NCBI RefSeq assembly: GCF_964204645.1
Contig: NC_134031.1
Span: 19,351,910 to 19,415,909, forward strand
DNA from: Tubulanus polymorphus
Lineage: Eukaryota > Animalia > Nemertea
Direction: 5' to 3'
Length of the DNA: 64,000 nt
A program made the position numbers and the translations under genes. The notes beneath the pieces were generated by a model that did not search any database, was not told the DNA's origin, and saw only the letters and a list, made by a program, of their open reading frames with translations. Shown here in pieces: positions 28,901 through 42,295 of this stretch; position 1 is the stretch's first letter; every line of letters begins with the position of its first letter.

Positions 28901-29086
28901 TCGATGAAGTGCTCAGAATTTTTTTGAAATCGTTTTCTATTATTCAGGTATAAGTACTTCTTAGAAGATGACACGTACGTGGTCGAATGGGTTGATAACA
29001 CCGAGTACACGTTAGACGCAAAACGAAGACAATTAGCTGTCGACCTCGATCGTTTGAAAACTGAACTTCAACTTGTGAAGTGTTGA
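4930..29086 (+). CDS. C3: Complement component C3-like thioester-containing protein (multi-exon, complete)
   Basis: Signal-peptide exon 4930-5027 (phase-2 donor) joins exon 12041-12213 (RPLFFITAPSVMRYDVEETVVV). Later motifs: GYLFLQSDKPIYTPGQ (~15290), beta/alpha site RTKR (18539-18550), six-Cys anaphylatoxin domain in exon 19056-19244, RTFFPETW (~21785), thioester PTGCGEQTM (GCGEQ 24164-24178), STWLTAFVVKVF, catalytic His in VLHRHMLGG (24757-24759), GAFISTQDSVIGLQALA, VYDYYEP, and a C345C/NTR domain ending LVKC-TGA (29084-29086). Confidence 0.93.
12403..12447 (+). ncRNA. Degenerate copy of the Penelope-type hammerhead ribozyme motif
   Basis: TATTC-CTGAAGAT-GAATATTAAGATAATAGTT-GAAACGTT-GAAAA. 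Same family as 23615-23726, but stems I and II are decayed. Confidence 0.4.
18045..18162. mobile_element. Short dispersed repeat/MITE (related copy at ~21893-22010)
   Basis: The core TTAAGACCA(T/G)TCTAACACCA-(C/T)(C/T)AG(G)TTCTATA.C.AATCTAACA occurs in two different C3 introns. Confidence 0.55.
18723..18940. mobile_element. Non-autonomous DNA transposon fragment (hAT-like)
   Basis: Begins CAGGGTGGCCAC and carries repeated subterminal (CA)GGGAATTT and CCTGGAAAA motifs. The right end is not clear. Confidence 0.4.
23615..23660 (-). ncRNA. Minimal type I hammerhead ribozyme motif (Penelope-type)
   Basis: Minus strand: stem I TTATTC, core CTGAAGA(T), stem II GACTA-ttaggata-TAGTC, core GAAA, palindromic stem III ACGT with a GUU triplet, stem I' GAATAA. 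Confidence 0.7.
23681..23726 (+). ncRNA. Minimal type I hammerhead ribozyme motif (Penelope-type), sense to the C3 pre-mRNA
   Basis: TTATTC-CTGAAGAT-GACTATTAGGATAAAGTC-GAAACGTT-GAATAA, with one stem II mismatch relative to the minus-strand copy. Confidence 0.68.
27893..28040. mobile_element. Palindromic MITE-like fold-back in a C3 intron
   Basis: ACGAGACGA..GTACTTT.TTAGTTTATT.GACGC.CGAGCTT.CGCTAC..TAGTGTATC mirrors GATACACTAGTAGCG.AAGCTCG.GCGTC.AATAAACTAA..AAAGTAC..TCGTCTCGT around a 10-nt loop. Confidence 0.65.
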
Positions 29087-30639
29087 TTTTCAAGTTCTGA
29101 ATTTCCAACATGATTTAAAACCGTAAAATCATATTGTAAATACTGGCATTATTACTTCGATGTCACCAAACATAGCTTTCTCATGGAAAATAGTACTTTT
29201 TTAATAAGATGATTTTTTTGTTTGCTTTTTTGAATCAAAGTGGCGAAAATATCTTCTGATGGAGACATGGTAGAATTACATGTAAAAAACAGTCTTCAGA
29301 AACATTGTTAGAATACAAAGGTTTAACATATATATTTTGTAACTGCATAGTCCCTGGTGTCAATAATGTGGGTGTAATGTTTTATTACCATGGAGAATAA
29401 AATAAACAAAGCACTTTGGAACTGGGTCCGGAAAAAGAAATTAGCAACCGGTTTTCTATTGGCCGTTATAGCACAAATCTTAGATTAGAAACCATCAGAT
29501 TAATCTTTCATTGTGTAAATAGTATCTATCTAAAGTATGAATCTCAATGGGTTATGAGCTAGAGAAAGTTGCCCAAGTTGTCGCTAATGACGTTTAATTG
29601 AAAATAAACTAATTCAATCCAAGACTCGCAATGGAACTGTGGGCATGCATCCTGATTAGGGCGAGTAACAAATTTACGAAGCTGGGATTCTTGTCGCCAT
29701 TATAAATTTTAAGGATAGTAGAAACACTATGGACCCAGTTCCACAGTTGGCAGTTAGAATCGAGATTGATTCATTTCTACCATCATATCTTTACCGAAAA
29801 TTGTGAGAACTCGAAGACCTCAGTTCTCAGATAATGTATATATCAATGTAGCTGCGTTACAGAAATCAAGATTGGATTTTTTTAAAGATAGTTTTAAATG
29901 CTTTTATAATTGATATGAGTACTTATGATTTCTCTGAGTTGGCTTTACTAATGCATTCCTCCCAAATACCGAGTACGGCCATGGACTACGAAGAGTTTTA
30001 GAGTCCATATGGTAGGACATAATAGGACGTGTATATATGAACTTAGAATGAATATATGGCCAGTAATATATAGTTGAGAGAATGGCCACTGTCTTTGATA
30101 TACTAGATAATCGATCCTTAGAACTATAGTAGGCGTTGCTTATCCTATGCGGAGATGAACAGAGTTTTGAATTTGTGTTGTTGATATGTTGTGTATGGGT
30201 GCTAGGGTTCATGGTTTCCCAGTGTATGGTCATTATGTATATATCTATATTTACCGTATTCTAAGGAAGATTAGTAAAATATTTGAACATTGTTGGCACC
30301 AAACGCAATTGATGGTGAATACTAATTAGATCGATGTAATAAAAATCAAATATTTATTATTGAGAGTCCGTTTTTTATATTTTCTTTGTTTCTCGAATCG
30401 AAGGATCTTGTGATGCAACAATATTATTGTTGTACTCGAAATACGGTTCAGATTTTACTTACAGTCGCGCGGTGAGATAGAACATAGAGTTTAGGTGGAT
30501 TGCTCGGTACGTCTTTGACTTATTTCTCAAAACAACGCCGAACCAGAAAGGGTGAATTCTGGAAAGATCAAAATAAGAGTAGGACAGCCTGTTTTTTGCC
30601 TATTCGAAACGTGCACGGCTCCTACAGCTCTGTCTTTAA

Positions 30640-30800
30640 AACACTAAGTGGTACTAAACACTACGAACTGGATTTTTTACGCCTCCCGGAATATACACAA
30701 TATTTGTATAAATTTCATTTCGGGCGCGAGCGGGTAACAAGTTTAAACTTAGACGGGTTACCGGTCTAGTTTAAACTGAATAAAGTTTGAATTTGAATTT
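30640..30800 (+). mobile_element. Probable 3' end of a non-LTR retroelement (stem-loop, AATAAA and short repeat tail)
   Basis: Hairpin AGTTTAAACT-TAGAC...GTCT-AGTTTAAACT, then AATAAA and (TTTGAA)n. Confidence 0.35.
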
Positions 30801-31958
30801 AACCGCCGGAACCTTCCGTGGCATGCGAGTAATCATAGGTCGTCAAGGGGCAGCACTTGACGGTTCAATTTCAATTATCAATCTCAATTTATTTTATTGT
30901 GATATGGTGTCAAAATATATCCACAAATTAAATATAGATAGAAATATGGATTAAACACAGAACAGCGCAGGAAACCGAGCCTGGGTTGTAAGTACATTGA
31001 GTTGGCCTGCTCTTCTTATCAATAAATATATACACGCTAATAGAATTGATATATCAACAAATGTTCTTCGAAGTCTAGTCTAGTACCTAGCTGTTGTTCC
31101 TGAAACAACGGAACCGTAACAACGACTCGTATTCAGACTATTCGAAGTCAAGTTATTGGTTTATGATCGAGGTGTTCCATCACTCGGTTCAGTAACGTTT
31201 AGGCCTTTCTTTTAGAACACATGAATCGGTCACTGACTTGCTTGAAATCTAATCTAAAAGTTTGATTTAATTCATAATGCCCAAATTACTATAAGACAAG
31301 TTATCAAGATAAGATTATTAGGGTCTAGTTAATATCACATGATTCTATATAGCCTAGTAATAATAATGACGTAAAATGTAGATTAGATTTGACAGTAAAG
31401 GTTGACGGTCAGATCAATACGCGTAGTCGGAGTAAGAGTAGGATCAGTGAAAAGGTGAAAAGAATATCAATGTACAAATCAATGTATTATTAGTTTATTT
31501 ACTTTAGTGTCAAGCTTTTGTTATTAAGGTAAAATGAATTGTTGAGCTGTTGATTGGAAATTGATTTCTTCCCGTTTAAAATTCATTTGTTAATGCTGGA
31601 ATCTGACAGAAAGGATGCAAGAATTCTGAACATATAAGCGTTTAGATTTTACAGCCAATTTAAGTGAAAGTATTTAGTATATAAAATAGCAGAACCCGGG
31701 ATTATACCAAGGGGATGAGAGGTGCTCGCTCACGACCTACGCGCACATGCGCCAAATGAGAAAGCCATAGGAAGTATAGCCTATTAGGAAGGCCTGTAGC
31801 CGAAAAGCTATTTGCTATTGAAGACACTTCAGCCATGATGTCTATATATTTCATGGAAAATGATTGATATTTTCCTCTATTCAACATCCATGAGTATAAG
31901 AGGATTTTTTGCAATCCTTCAATTCAGTGTGTTTAAGATGGATTAAAATCTATTGGTT

Positions 31959-32261
31959 TAGTTCAGCTGCCCATCAGTGCTGGTCTAAAACCTAGTTCAG
32001 CTGCCCATCAGTGCTGGTCTAAAACCTAGTTCAGCTGCCCATCAGTGCTGGTCTAAAGCCTAGTTCAGCTGCCCATCAGTGCTGGTCTAAAACCTAGTTC
32101 AGCTGCCCATCAGTGCTGGTCTAAAACCTAGTTCAGCTGCCCAGTGCTGGTCTAAAACCTAGTTCAGCTGCCCATCTGTGCTGGTCTAAAGCCTAGTTCA
32201 GCTGCCCAGTGCTGGTCTTAAACCTAGTTCAGCTGCCCATCTGTGCTGGTCTAAAGCCTAG
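31959..32261. repeat. 34-bp minisatellite, 9 copies
   Basis: Unit TAGTTCAGCTGCCCATCAGTGCTGGTCTAAAACC. Two copies carry a 3-nt deletion. Confidence 0.95.
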
Positions 32262-32929
32262 GTGGTATGTAACCATCAAAGTTATTGCACCCAAGCGTTG
32301 CATGGGAACATTCGAATTTTGAAGGGGTTGACTAGTCCACCCCCTAAATCCGTCCTCGCAACCTCTAGTAGACCAATCAAAACCGTGGGGATTATTCAAC
32401 AACATTTACCATAAGATTAGGGCATGTTTTTTTATCAGGTGACTGCTCTAAGCCAATCAAAATCCTAAGATTAATCATACACATGCTTTAGCCTTGGTGA
32501 CCCGCGCCTAGGACCATTCATAAATTTCCAAATTTTGATGCCTTGCATTCTGTTTGTTTATGATATATGAATATTTAACCGTGAAAAACATTCAAACCGA
32601 TTTAAGAATACAAATAGTCTTATAGAATGCACCGAGTTGAGTAAACTGATATGAATATGATAAGCAGGTGGCATTTCTAAAACTCCTGACAGGTTATGTG
32701 ATGATAACTAGGGGGAATTTTCTCTGCGTGGGGATTCCCGCTTGGCTGTGTATGAGTCAGTATTGTCCGATAGTAAACAGGCTCAGCGATTCAATATAAT
32801 TAGGGCCTAAGAGCGGTTCAATAAATCTTTTATGACCAATCAATATATTGATCGTGGAGGTACAGAGGTATCCAGGAAGCAACGTGTGCGGAGCCCGTTG
32901 ACAGTTAACATCGCCCACCTCGCATTTCA

Positions 32930-32935
32930 TATAAA
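32930..32935 (+). promoter_or_regulatory. Putative TATA box of the DDC gene
   Basis: TATAAA followed ~35 nt later by an Inr-like TCATT, ~190 nt upstream of the ATG-containing micro-exon. Confidence 0.4.
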
Positions 32936-33124
32936 GTCATTCAGCAGCAGCAGCAGCAGCGCGAGATCATTAAACATCACAACTACATTACACCCAGCGA
33001 GCACTCAGTTATAATTGTCAGCGCTTGTATCATTATTAGGTAGAGTTGAGTAAAACTGACGCCGACAAACTGAATAACATTGAGAAAGTATAGAAATCAT
33101 CGTCCTCATCATTAAACCGAAACT

Positions 33125-36100
33125 ATGGAAAATGGTAAGTTTCATTTAGTATTCTACTTATATTTCCTAGATCTTGACTCGATGTCACTTTTAATTCGAT
33201 CCATAAAAGGCAATTATTTTCATGAATGAATGACTTTTTGATTTAGTTTGATAATTTCTTTTTGAACCTTTGCAAAAGTTATGTATTCGTTTAATGGTTT
33301 TTTTGTCATGTTTGCGTGCCGTACAACTACATGGAAAACTCATAGGATTTGCGTATGAGCCGAAAGTGACCAACATGTCGTAATGAACATTGAATTAAAG
33401 CTTTTTGCATAACAGCAATAAAATCTACACATGAAAAGATCTTGAGAAAGAGTATTAGAATGTAGTTGAAACATTGATAAGATATCGACTCAACGAGAGA
33501 AAATTCGGACCCTTTATTTTACATCAATTGTTGATTGGAATTTATTTGAAAACTGAGGCTGAATACATTGAGTAAACTCGAACAACTGCTGGAATTGTGC
33601 GGTGAGTTTAGGCACAAGCAGCAGTTTCAGCCTACTGATGTATCAATGGTAGCCTACTCGAGTCAAATATTGGCTAACATCTCTTTATTATGAAAATGTT
33701 TGTTTGAAAACTGAGCCTGCAACTGCAAGCAACTGCTGGTGCGCTGCGTTTAGGCATTATATTAAGCATTGGTTTCAGTGTAGCGGTACTAAGTATCAGA
33801 TATGCCGATGACTGTTGCTATATTGCACACGTCAAACGCGATGAAAATCTCATCAATTCTGGAGAACTATCGCAGCTTAACTATTCAATGCATTTAGATG
33901 AATTGCCATATATCAGTATAACACTAGTCATCCCAGAATACCAGAACATGACATTGATTTGTGTTTTACGCGACCATTTTTCTGGCGTAGATGATTATTG
34001 TATGGATAAAATTGTCTGAAATTGTTTTAATTTTCGTGCTCGTAATAAATCTTCATCGAAAGTCCAACCGACACCGGTGCATAGGCCTATATACAGCAAT
34101 GTAATTTCTGGTATCCAAAAAAATTCCGATGACAACGACCTGAAATATTCATGATTCATCCTCCCACTGAAATAGATATTTTAGATGAGATCTTTTTAAA
34201 AAATGAAAATTTGTGTGTTCTTTTTTATGTGAGGGATATGAATATTCTTGGCTAACCATTGATGAAAAACCCTGTCCTTATTGAAAGATGCAATGCACAT
34301 GGTAATAAAGTGCAGTAAACCTCACCTAAATCAAAAAACAAAACAGGACAAAAACTAAATGATGTTTTCATTTCCTATTTTATCTTCCGATCCTGAACTC
34401 AGAGTGTCACGTACTTACCTGTCCAAGTAAGCTGAGGTTCACTGTACTGAATTAGACACGGTCTTTAATGGCTTTACAAATCGGAAAACCATTAACAAAA
34501 GGGTCTAGAGGCTTGATTCTTAGTTAATTTGGACAATAGAATACTATATGCCATATTCCTGAAATGACCCTACACGTTTGGACACCGCCTAAAGGTGCAC
34601 AAGTCTAGACCTGGAATAACTGAACTATATGTATGTCTTATGTATTGTATAAACCAGTATTTCTGCTGGATTTGTCGAGCGTGTTAGTCGTAAGTAAAAC
34701 CTGAAATTTACTTACATAAAACAAGTAATTTTTGCGTACCTATGAACCTGCTGATAGTGTTATGTATTCCCTACGTAAATTAGTATAAAGAATTAGTCAA
34801 ATGCACTACTTTTTGAAGGAAAAACCCACAATTATGAAATTCTATGAGGCATTTTCAAAAAAGTTTTGAAAATGCTTTAATTTTACACGACACATTGTTA
34901 CCTTACTGTATACAAGTCGTAAGCAAATCCTGTAATTTCAGTGTTTAAATTTTACCTATAAATGCTGATCTATTTGACCATTTTTGCATCGATATCTTCA
35001 GGGGTTGATCCAGGAGTTGAATGAATGTGGGCAACAAATCTGAGGCCTAGTTGTACACACAGGTTACATGAACGTGAGCGCCGTAGATGCAAAATCCTTT
35101 AGTTGGTTCCAAGAGAAAATTTTGAAAAATGGATCACTTTCTGAGAATCTTTGGGGGTCAGATCCGCCCTGATCTTATTTCATCGACGAAATTTCTGTTT
35201 TCTATTTTTCGTAGCAAATTCGCCGCCGGCTAAAAAACTCGGGATGAACGCGGAAGAGTTTCGTCGACGCGGTAAAGAGATGGTCGACTACATCGCTGAT
35301 TACATCGAAACGATCGAGGAAAGAAACGTTTTTCCGAAGATTCAACCGGGATATCTACACAAACTAATCCCGACTGAAGCGCCGCAAACTCCTGATAAAT
35401 GGGATGATGTTATGAACGATATTGAAAGAGTTATAATGCCTGGGGTATGTAAAACTAGCGCAGCTAGTCGAGGTGGTCTTTCCCTTACCCTATACATAGT
35501 CATGATATAAAATCTGAAAATGTTTAGTATAGTTGAAACGTTGAATGAACAATGAAACATTTTCTGGCTTCATTTTTATTTTTTTGTTATTATTTCGTTA
35601 TCATTCTCTCTGAAGAACTATCTGTTACAATAAACAGATTTTTGTTGTAACAAGTTTCCACTATTTTAAGGTATAAAGTATTCTGGAATTCAAATAATAG
35701 TAACTTGCTTTATGTCGCTGCGAAGGGTCGTCCTTTATAATCATGTTCTGTTAGCTTTCGACTATAGTTGAATTGAATAAAGAAAAGCGATTTATCAAAG
35801 AAAGAATAAGAAACAAATCTACAAATGTTTCGATAGTGTTTAAGGATCATGCATTGAATTTGACATTCAGTTAATTGTTGATTAATGATTTATTTGAACA
35901 CTTTCTTTCATATTTCGAAGAAATATTTCTGAAAAGTACTTTTCAGAGGTTGGCAGCGCTGAGAATTTGTCTATTTTCTCAATTCAACGTGTTTTCTTGC
36001 CATTGCCTGATTGGGTTTTTATATGTTTTTATTCCTATTATTTCTTTTAGGTGACACACTGGCACAGTCCGAAGTTCTTAGCTTATTTCCCGACAGCAAA

Positions 36101-39100
36101 CTCCTACCCGGCGATTTGTGCCGACATGCTTTCAGACGCTATCGGCTGTATCGGGTTCTCATGGGTGAGTAGAACATTCATCTATCATGAAATATCTAAA
36201 AAAAAACATTTATGAAATCGACGATTTGATGATAAAAGCATTCCGACGTTAAGAAGTTAGTCATCAACTCAGCACCTGATTCTTTGTTAAAAGCTTTTAT
36301 AATTTGATGGACTTTAACAGAGCAGCCTCCAACCATTATATACCATTTGAACAGTACTCATGCGGATCAATGAAACTCAAATTTGACGTTCCCACAGTTG
36401 TTCAGATTGCCGAAACCCCCATACCCCATCTATGGTGCTGTAATACTGGTCCTGACCAGTACGCAGGAACTGACGCGGGATTCGTCCCGATGATGAAGGC
36501 TGTTGTTAGGAAACGTCAAAACATTGATTGTGGTGTCAATTAACATGTTAATTTTTAGTCTTATATTGCTCGATTTCGCTATCGTTATATTTTTCACGGA
36601 TTTGCACGTATCGACAACTCGTAACTGAATTCTCTTTCCATCTTCAGATATCTAGTCCAGCCTGTACGGAGTTAGAAGTAGTAATGATGGACTGGCTCGG
36701 TAAAATGTTAAAGCTACCCGAACAGTTTATATCCGGCGGTAAGGGAGGAGGTGTAATTCAGGGAACGGCTAGCGAAGCAACCCTCGTCGGTTTGTTAGGA
36801 GCACGAGCGAAGACGATCGCGGAACTGAAGGAATCTCGACCTGAACTAACTGACGCAGAGATCACATCGAAACTAGTGGCTTATTGTTCCGATCAGGTAA
36901 TTTTAGCGATCGATACAAACCCTGTTGATTTCAAAATTCAGGGGTCCCTACGACTCCTTGACCACTGTACCACGCCTCGTAATAATATCACATGTTTTGG
37001 TCGTATTTACGTATGTTCACGGTCGGATTTCGAGCATTAATAGTCGACATCGTTTCCTGTTTTAAGGCGCATTCATCCGTAGTGCGAGCAGCTATGTTAG
37101 GCAACGTTAAAATGGTCAGTTTACCGTCGGACGAGGAAAACAATTTAAGAGGCAAAGAATTAGCTGAAGCCGTGAAAAAAGACATCGCGGATGGCTTAAT
37201 TCCATTTTACGTGAGTTGAAATATGGTTATAGCTTGAATTTTTCATGAAAAAGTTTCCAGATTCATCTAAAACCGATTTTCAGAGAAATGGTAATAAATA
37301 GGCAGTCATTATTTTGACGATGGGGTTTCATTAAATCTCAAAACTTTGAGACGAATAAACTTTTCAAATATCGTTATCGTGGGGGGATTATTCATTATCC
37401 GTTTATAGCCTTCTATAATGTAGCTGTTTTACGAAATGTAGGTCGAATTACGAAATATTTCCGATTTTCATTATTTCAGTTGGTAGCTACACTAGGCACG
37501 ACAGCTTGCTGCGCATTTGATAAACTACTAGAACTGGGTCCAGTGTGTGAGTAGATGAACTTATTTGAATAGAAATTGTCTTCGTATCAATACTCTTGAT
37601 TATACAGATATGTTCATTCATTTGCAGGTGAAGAATACAATATTTGGATGCACGTAGATGCAGCTTATGCTGGAAGTTCGTTTGTTTGTGATGAGTATCG
37701 ACCATATTTGGATGGTGTTGAAGTATGTATACACACATATTGTGAGGTTTTCGTTAAAACGACATGTACCTGAATTTTAATTTTATTTGTTTCTTTTTTC
37801 TCGCAGTTCGCTCAGTCATTCAACTTCAACCCTCACAAGTGGATGTTAGTAAATTTTGACTGCTCCGCTATGTGGTAAGTATTGCTTATAGGATACCGGC
37901 ACTCACTAGATGGCGCAACAAAACACAGGATCTTTTGAAGTGAAAATCCATAAATTTTCAATGAAATTTGAACTTGATTTTTAGGCTGCCGAACCCAAAA
38001 CTTATCAAACACTTCATTTATCAAACGTTCATCAGTGTTTAAAGCTTTTACTGTTCTGCTATTACAGGTTGAAGGATGCGTCGCATGTCGTCGACGCTTT
38101 CAACGTTGACCCCTTATACCTCAAACACGATCACCAAAGTGTCGCTCCTGACTACAGAGTAAGTATCTCTACTAAACGCACCATGTCTGCTTGCAGTCAA
38201 TAGTCCAACAACTTGTTTTACTTAGTTAGCTCAACGTCCTATAGAACTAACGTAAATCATTTTTCAGCATTGGCAGATACCCCTGGGACGTCGTTTTAGA
38301 TCTCTGAAATTGTGGTTTGTGATGAGACTTTACGGTGTACAAGGAATTCAAGATCATATACGAGAGGTACGACTGCTGCTATACGCTGCTGACTTATACA
38401 GCTGTTTAGAAATGACGTATGATATTTTCATTATTCTATGTGTTGTTATCCTTGCAGCAAATCAGATTAGCTCACGTTTTCGAGAGAAAAGTTATAAACG
38501 ATGATCGATTTGAAATATTCGGTAAAGTGACGATGGGTTTAGTGTGCTTCAGATTAAAAGTAAGTTCGATTTCGAGATTGCAAACGAAATCTATTTATCT
38601 AGAATTAAAATCTTAAGTCTAAAGATAGAATGTTTCAGTCCTCCTCTAGTGACTTTCTTCAGGTTTGAAGAAATACATAAAAAGTGGCATATAAATGGAG
38701 CTTGTTCGAGGGGGAATAAGTTACATTATACCACATTGTGTCTTTTTATGTTTGATTTTGATGATAGATTGTGAAAAAGTTGGTTTTAGTCTTATCATCT
38801 ATTCTCTACGTCAGAGTTTACAGGTCATTCTACTAGTAACGGGCATGCTACTGAAAAGAAAACATTTCGGAGTTCCCAAGTTTGGGGGCAAATACAAAAT
38901 AGGAATTTGTTATAACGTGTTTGTTTCTGTCTATTCGATAGAATTGTTCAAATGAAATCAACGAAGCTCTGCTGAAGCGAATCAACGCGGACGGACGAAT
39001 TCACATCACTCCGTCGAAAGTGAAGGAAACGTACTTTTTGCGAGTGGCCGTCTGCTCGCGACGAACTGAAGAGAAAGACATGGATTACGCGTGGGACGTC

Positions 39101-39184
39101 ATTACCGAACTCACCGACAAACTGATGATCGACTCAGAAAACGGGACCGTTTCGGTCAACGGTTCTCCGCAAAACGGCCATTAA
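33125..39184 (+). CDS. DDC: Aromatic L-amino acid (DOPA) decarboxylase, PLP-dependent group II, about 12 coding exons
   Basis: Micro-exon ATGGAAAATG|gtaagt (33125-33134) splices in frame to 35215 ([20 protein letters not shown]). Motifs: [53 protein letters not shown] lysine in FNFNPHKW (~37830), [24 protein letters not shown]. The Gly in PLGRR matches DDC rather than the Ser of HDC/TDC. Stop TAA at 39182-39184. The start could alternatively be the Met at 35244. Confidence 0.93.
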
Positions 39185-40936
39185 TATTCACTCCACTCTA
39201 TCTCTCTCTTAAAATGATAATCATGATGATGCAAAACATGACTTCGACGAATTATATTTTGTAAAATATGAAATGCTACCAGTGTATTGAGGGATCTTTA
39301 CATGAATACTGTTCGTGTATTAGTGCCATGTTTACTATTATAAAGAGGGATCATTGTTTACATATATAGTATTTGTATAGATATATATTATATTATACTT
39401 GTATTGGACATTATCACTTCAGGTTTTATCAAGGTCAACGATTTTTGTATGTAATTTTTACGCTTTTCTTTAATTCAGGGTAAAAACCGTTTCTGATGAG
39501 TAATTATTTTATCGTTTCCCCAAAATTAGTTGATTTCAATTCCTGTATATTGTTATAACTCTATGTTGCCAAATATATTGGCAAAAATATAATGGGGATT
39601 ATATCCAAGGGGGAGCAGCAGGTTAAGTTAACTGGTGGGTAATTGACTTTGTGACTATCAAAACTGGGTCTAGTGTCGCAAATTAAAGGATTTAACTCCT
39701 TAATTTATTTAAAGATAAACCGAATAAACGCAGAAATTAAACTTTTTCATGTCAACATTTTTCAGACAGTTAAACTGTAACAGTCTTAAACCGATTGAGC
39801 GACTGTCCCCTTAGTATTCAGTCTTCTATCTTCACCATTTTTTCTTGCAATTTCAACTGATTTTAAGGCGTTAACCAAGGTTTACTGCATTTTATTTTTT
39901 CCCCACAACGAATTTATTTCCTATTAATTCATGTTCTAACAGTGATAATGATTTATTTTCGAATTGATTTTTTCGTAACTAGAAATTTAGAATCGAATCT
40001 ATGTACCGTATATCTTTTCAGAAATTTATTTATGAAATAAAATTCTAGATGATTGTTCAAACAAATGATATTTCTCCTTTCATGGTTTGTAGTAGTAAAG
40101 CTTAAGAGGAAAAAGTAGTGACAATTTATTTTTTGTCAGGGCCAGAGAAACCCGAAAAAGGGCAGCTCCATAGGATATAACATTGCTATTTGCAAAACGG
40201 GCACTTTTCCAAAATTTCTGGGGGAATCCCCCTGCTTTTCAGGGAATTGTGCCCAGTAAAATAATTGCACTTTTTGTAAAAATTAAGCACAAATCTTATT
40301 TTCCAAAAAGTTACACGAAGTACACTCACAACGAACCAAGTCCTTGTGCGTTCCTTTCATGGATCAGGCTCATACGGGTGATAGGTCAATGTTGATATAG
40401 ATAGGGGGTAGAGCTTGAAGAGACCAAAATCCAGGACGAATCAACAGAAAAACTTCAAAATCAAGATTTTCCATTCTATTCTACACTTTTACTAATATAT
40501 TATACAGATGTTTATACACATTCATTATAGACGCATATTACATGGAATGATATTTCATTCCGGAGGTCATGATGAACACTATACCCAGCTTTCCGCACAG
40601 ACATGTATGTCTTTATTCGCAAGGCTTATTGAACATATTATCTACTATTTCGTTATTTTGACTAGAACACTGGTCTTTCGTTTAGAATGATATACATTAA
40701 TAACGACGTTTAAGTCAGATCTACAAATGCATTTTCCAACTAATATTTGAAGACCAGCCTTAAAACTCGAAATTTAGCAAATCTGACGCTAAAATGGCCT
40801 ACATTACATATACCGGGTACCTCCTTTACTTTAAACATCTATCTTAATGACTAAGACACATCATACTCAGTTCCGATATGACACACAATTATTAATACAA
40901 TATATTGATGATAAATATGAATTTCATAATTGAAAA

Positions 40937-41836
40937 CTAGATGCGAAGATTAATATGTCTTTTAGCTTCTATATCTGCTACTATTTCTATTAAACGCAAC
41001 ACGGTTTTTTCTTTATTCGAAGCGACGTTTTGATTCATATCCTGCAGTTGTCGAGCCATAGCATCGTCGATTGTTTGTTGCATGTTCCCTTTCGAACCCA
41101 TCGTCTAAAATAGGAAAAAACAAAATGCACGAATATTGAAAAAGCAGTTTTAAGATCATGAGGTCATTTGACTGCAGTTTAGAGAGGTACCGGTATTCTA
41201 AAACCATTGGTCACTCCGAATGGCTCGTAAACCCAAAGTTCACAGGTTCTGATCCTGGTGATAGCAAAGTTTCTTGATCGAAGGATCATAAAACACTTTT
41301 ATGCCAACGATGATTATTTCCCTGCTGCCTTTTTTAGATTTTAAGATTCCCAGATTTTTTTTGGGACGGCGACCAGTCCAAACAGGGACGTATAATATAA
41401 TAAATAACTACCTTTTCCTCTTTGTCTCTAAATTCTTTTTCCCTTTTTTGACGATAAGCCTCTATTTCAGCTTGAGCCTCCTCTTTGGCCTGTTTTAATC
41501 TTCGGGCTTTCCCTTAAAAATTTCAAAGAAAAATTGATTAGGCATCGAGGATTGTAAACATGAAACATTAAAATTGTAACAGGCCTATAGTGTGTGATGT
41601 GACAGTTGTCAAAATGTCATAAGATCTTTCACTTCCGGGTTTAGAAACTCATGATTCAAGCGCTGTTTTTACGCGTACTTTCTCCCCAAACGCGAGAAAA
41701 ACTCACCCCGATCAAACAATACTACTTATATTCTCGTTCGATCGTATAACTTACTTTTCCTTGCCTCGGCAACCTTTTCAGCTGCGCGTTTTTCGGCCGC
41801 AAGTAATTGTTGAATTCCTTGAGATTGGCTCGCCAT
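40937..41836 (-). CDS. ATP6V1G: V-type proton ATPase subunit G (3 exons, 116 aa)
   Basis: Exons 41836-41755 (MASQSQGIQQLLAAEKRAAEKVAEARK), 41512-41412 (RKARRLKQAKEEAQAEIEAYRQKREKEFRDKEEK) and 41104-40937 (TMGSKGNMQQ...KRHINLRI-TAG). Junctions are canonical GT-AG and in frame. The ORF track misses this gene. Confidence 0.97.
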
Positions 41837-41847
41837 TTTGGATGTAA

Positions 41848-41857
41848 GTCATGTGAC
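41848..41857. promoter_or_regulatory. CLEAR/M-box element GTCATGTGAC (MiT/TFE binding site)
   Basis: Lies ~12 nt upstream of the V-ATPase G ATG. MITF/TFEB control of V-ATPase subunit genes through this motif is established. Confidence 0.6.
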
Positions 41858-42060
41858 TGACGACGCAGGCAAATCTAGCTTTATCTGTAAAATTCTTAAC
41901 TTGAAATAATTTTTAATTTTTTATTAAATGAATACATTCTTATAGCAAAGTATATAATAAAAGCAGTAGAATTCATCAAAAATGACAATTGTGATATTCA
42001 GCATATGTTAGCAGGTAGTTTTGCCTGAAGAAGAAACTAGGTCAACGTGATTTCCTATTC

Positions 42061-42070
42061 ATGACGTCAT
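42061..42070. promoter_or_regulatory. Palindromic CRE (ATGACGTCAT)
   Basis: Perfect 10-bp palindrome between the V-ATPase G start and the transposon left end. Confidence 0.4.
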
Positions 42071-42081
42071 TAGGCTGGGTT

Positions 42082-42140
42082 TGCCACAGTACAACTAGCA
42101 TCCCCGTACAACAGGCATCCCATAGCAGACTGCGCATGCG
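42082..42140 (+). repeat. Left terminal inverted repeat (imperfect)
   Basis: Aligns with the reverse complement of 61061-61114. Contains GCATCCC motifs and TGCGCATGCG, which is duplicated at ~42131 and ~42152. Confidence 0.75.
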
Positions 42141-42295
42141 TCAATATGCACTGCGCATGCGTCAATAGCAGACAGCTTTTCGCCGTATAAACGGCATCCT
42201 CTGACAGCATAGCTAGCATTTACCGTAATCAATCGCGCCGTGCTTTTTGTTTCCGATAATATACTTATCGATTTATTTAACTATCATCAATAAAA

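Noticed and set aside
4930-29086. Alpha-2-macroglobulin / CD109 / insect-type TEP assignment
   Set aside because: The anaphylatoxin domain, basic beta/alpha site and C-terminal C345C domain place it in the C3/C4/C5 group.
29880-30240. 109-aa minus-strand ORF / possible LINE remnant
   Set aside because: No convincing protein motif. A faint HLRIG similarity in another frame is too degraded to call.
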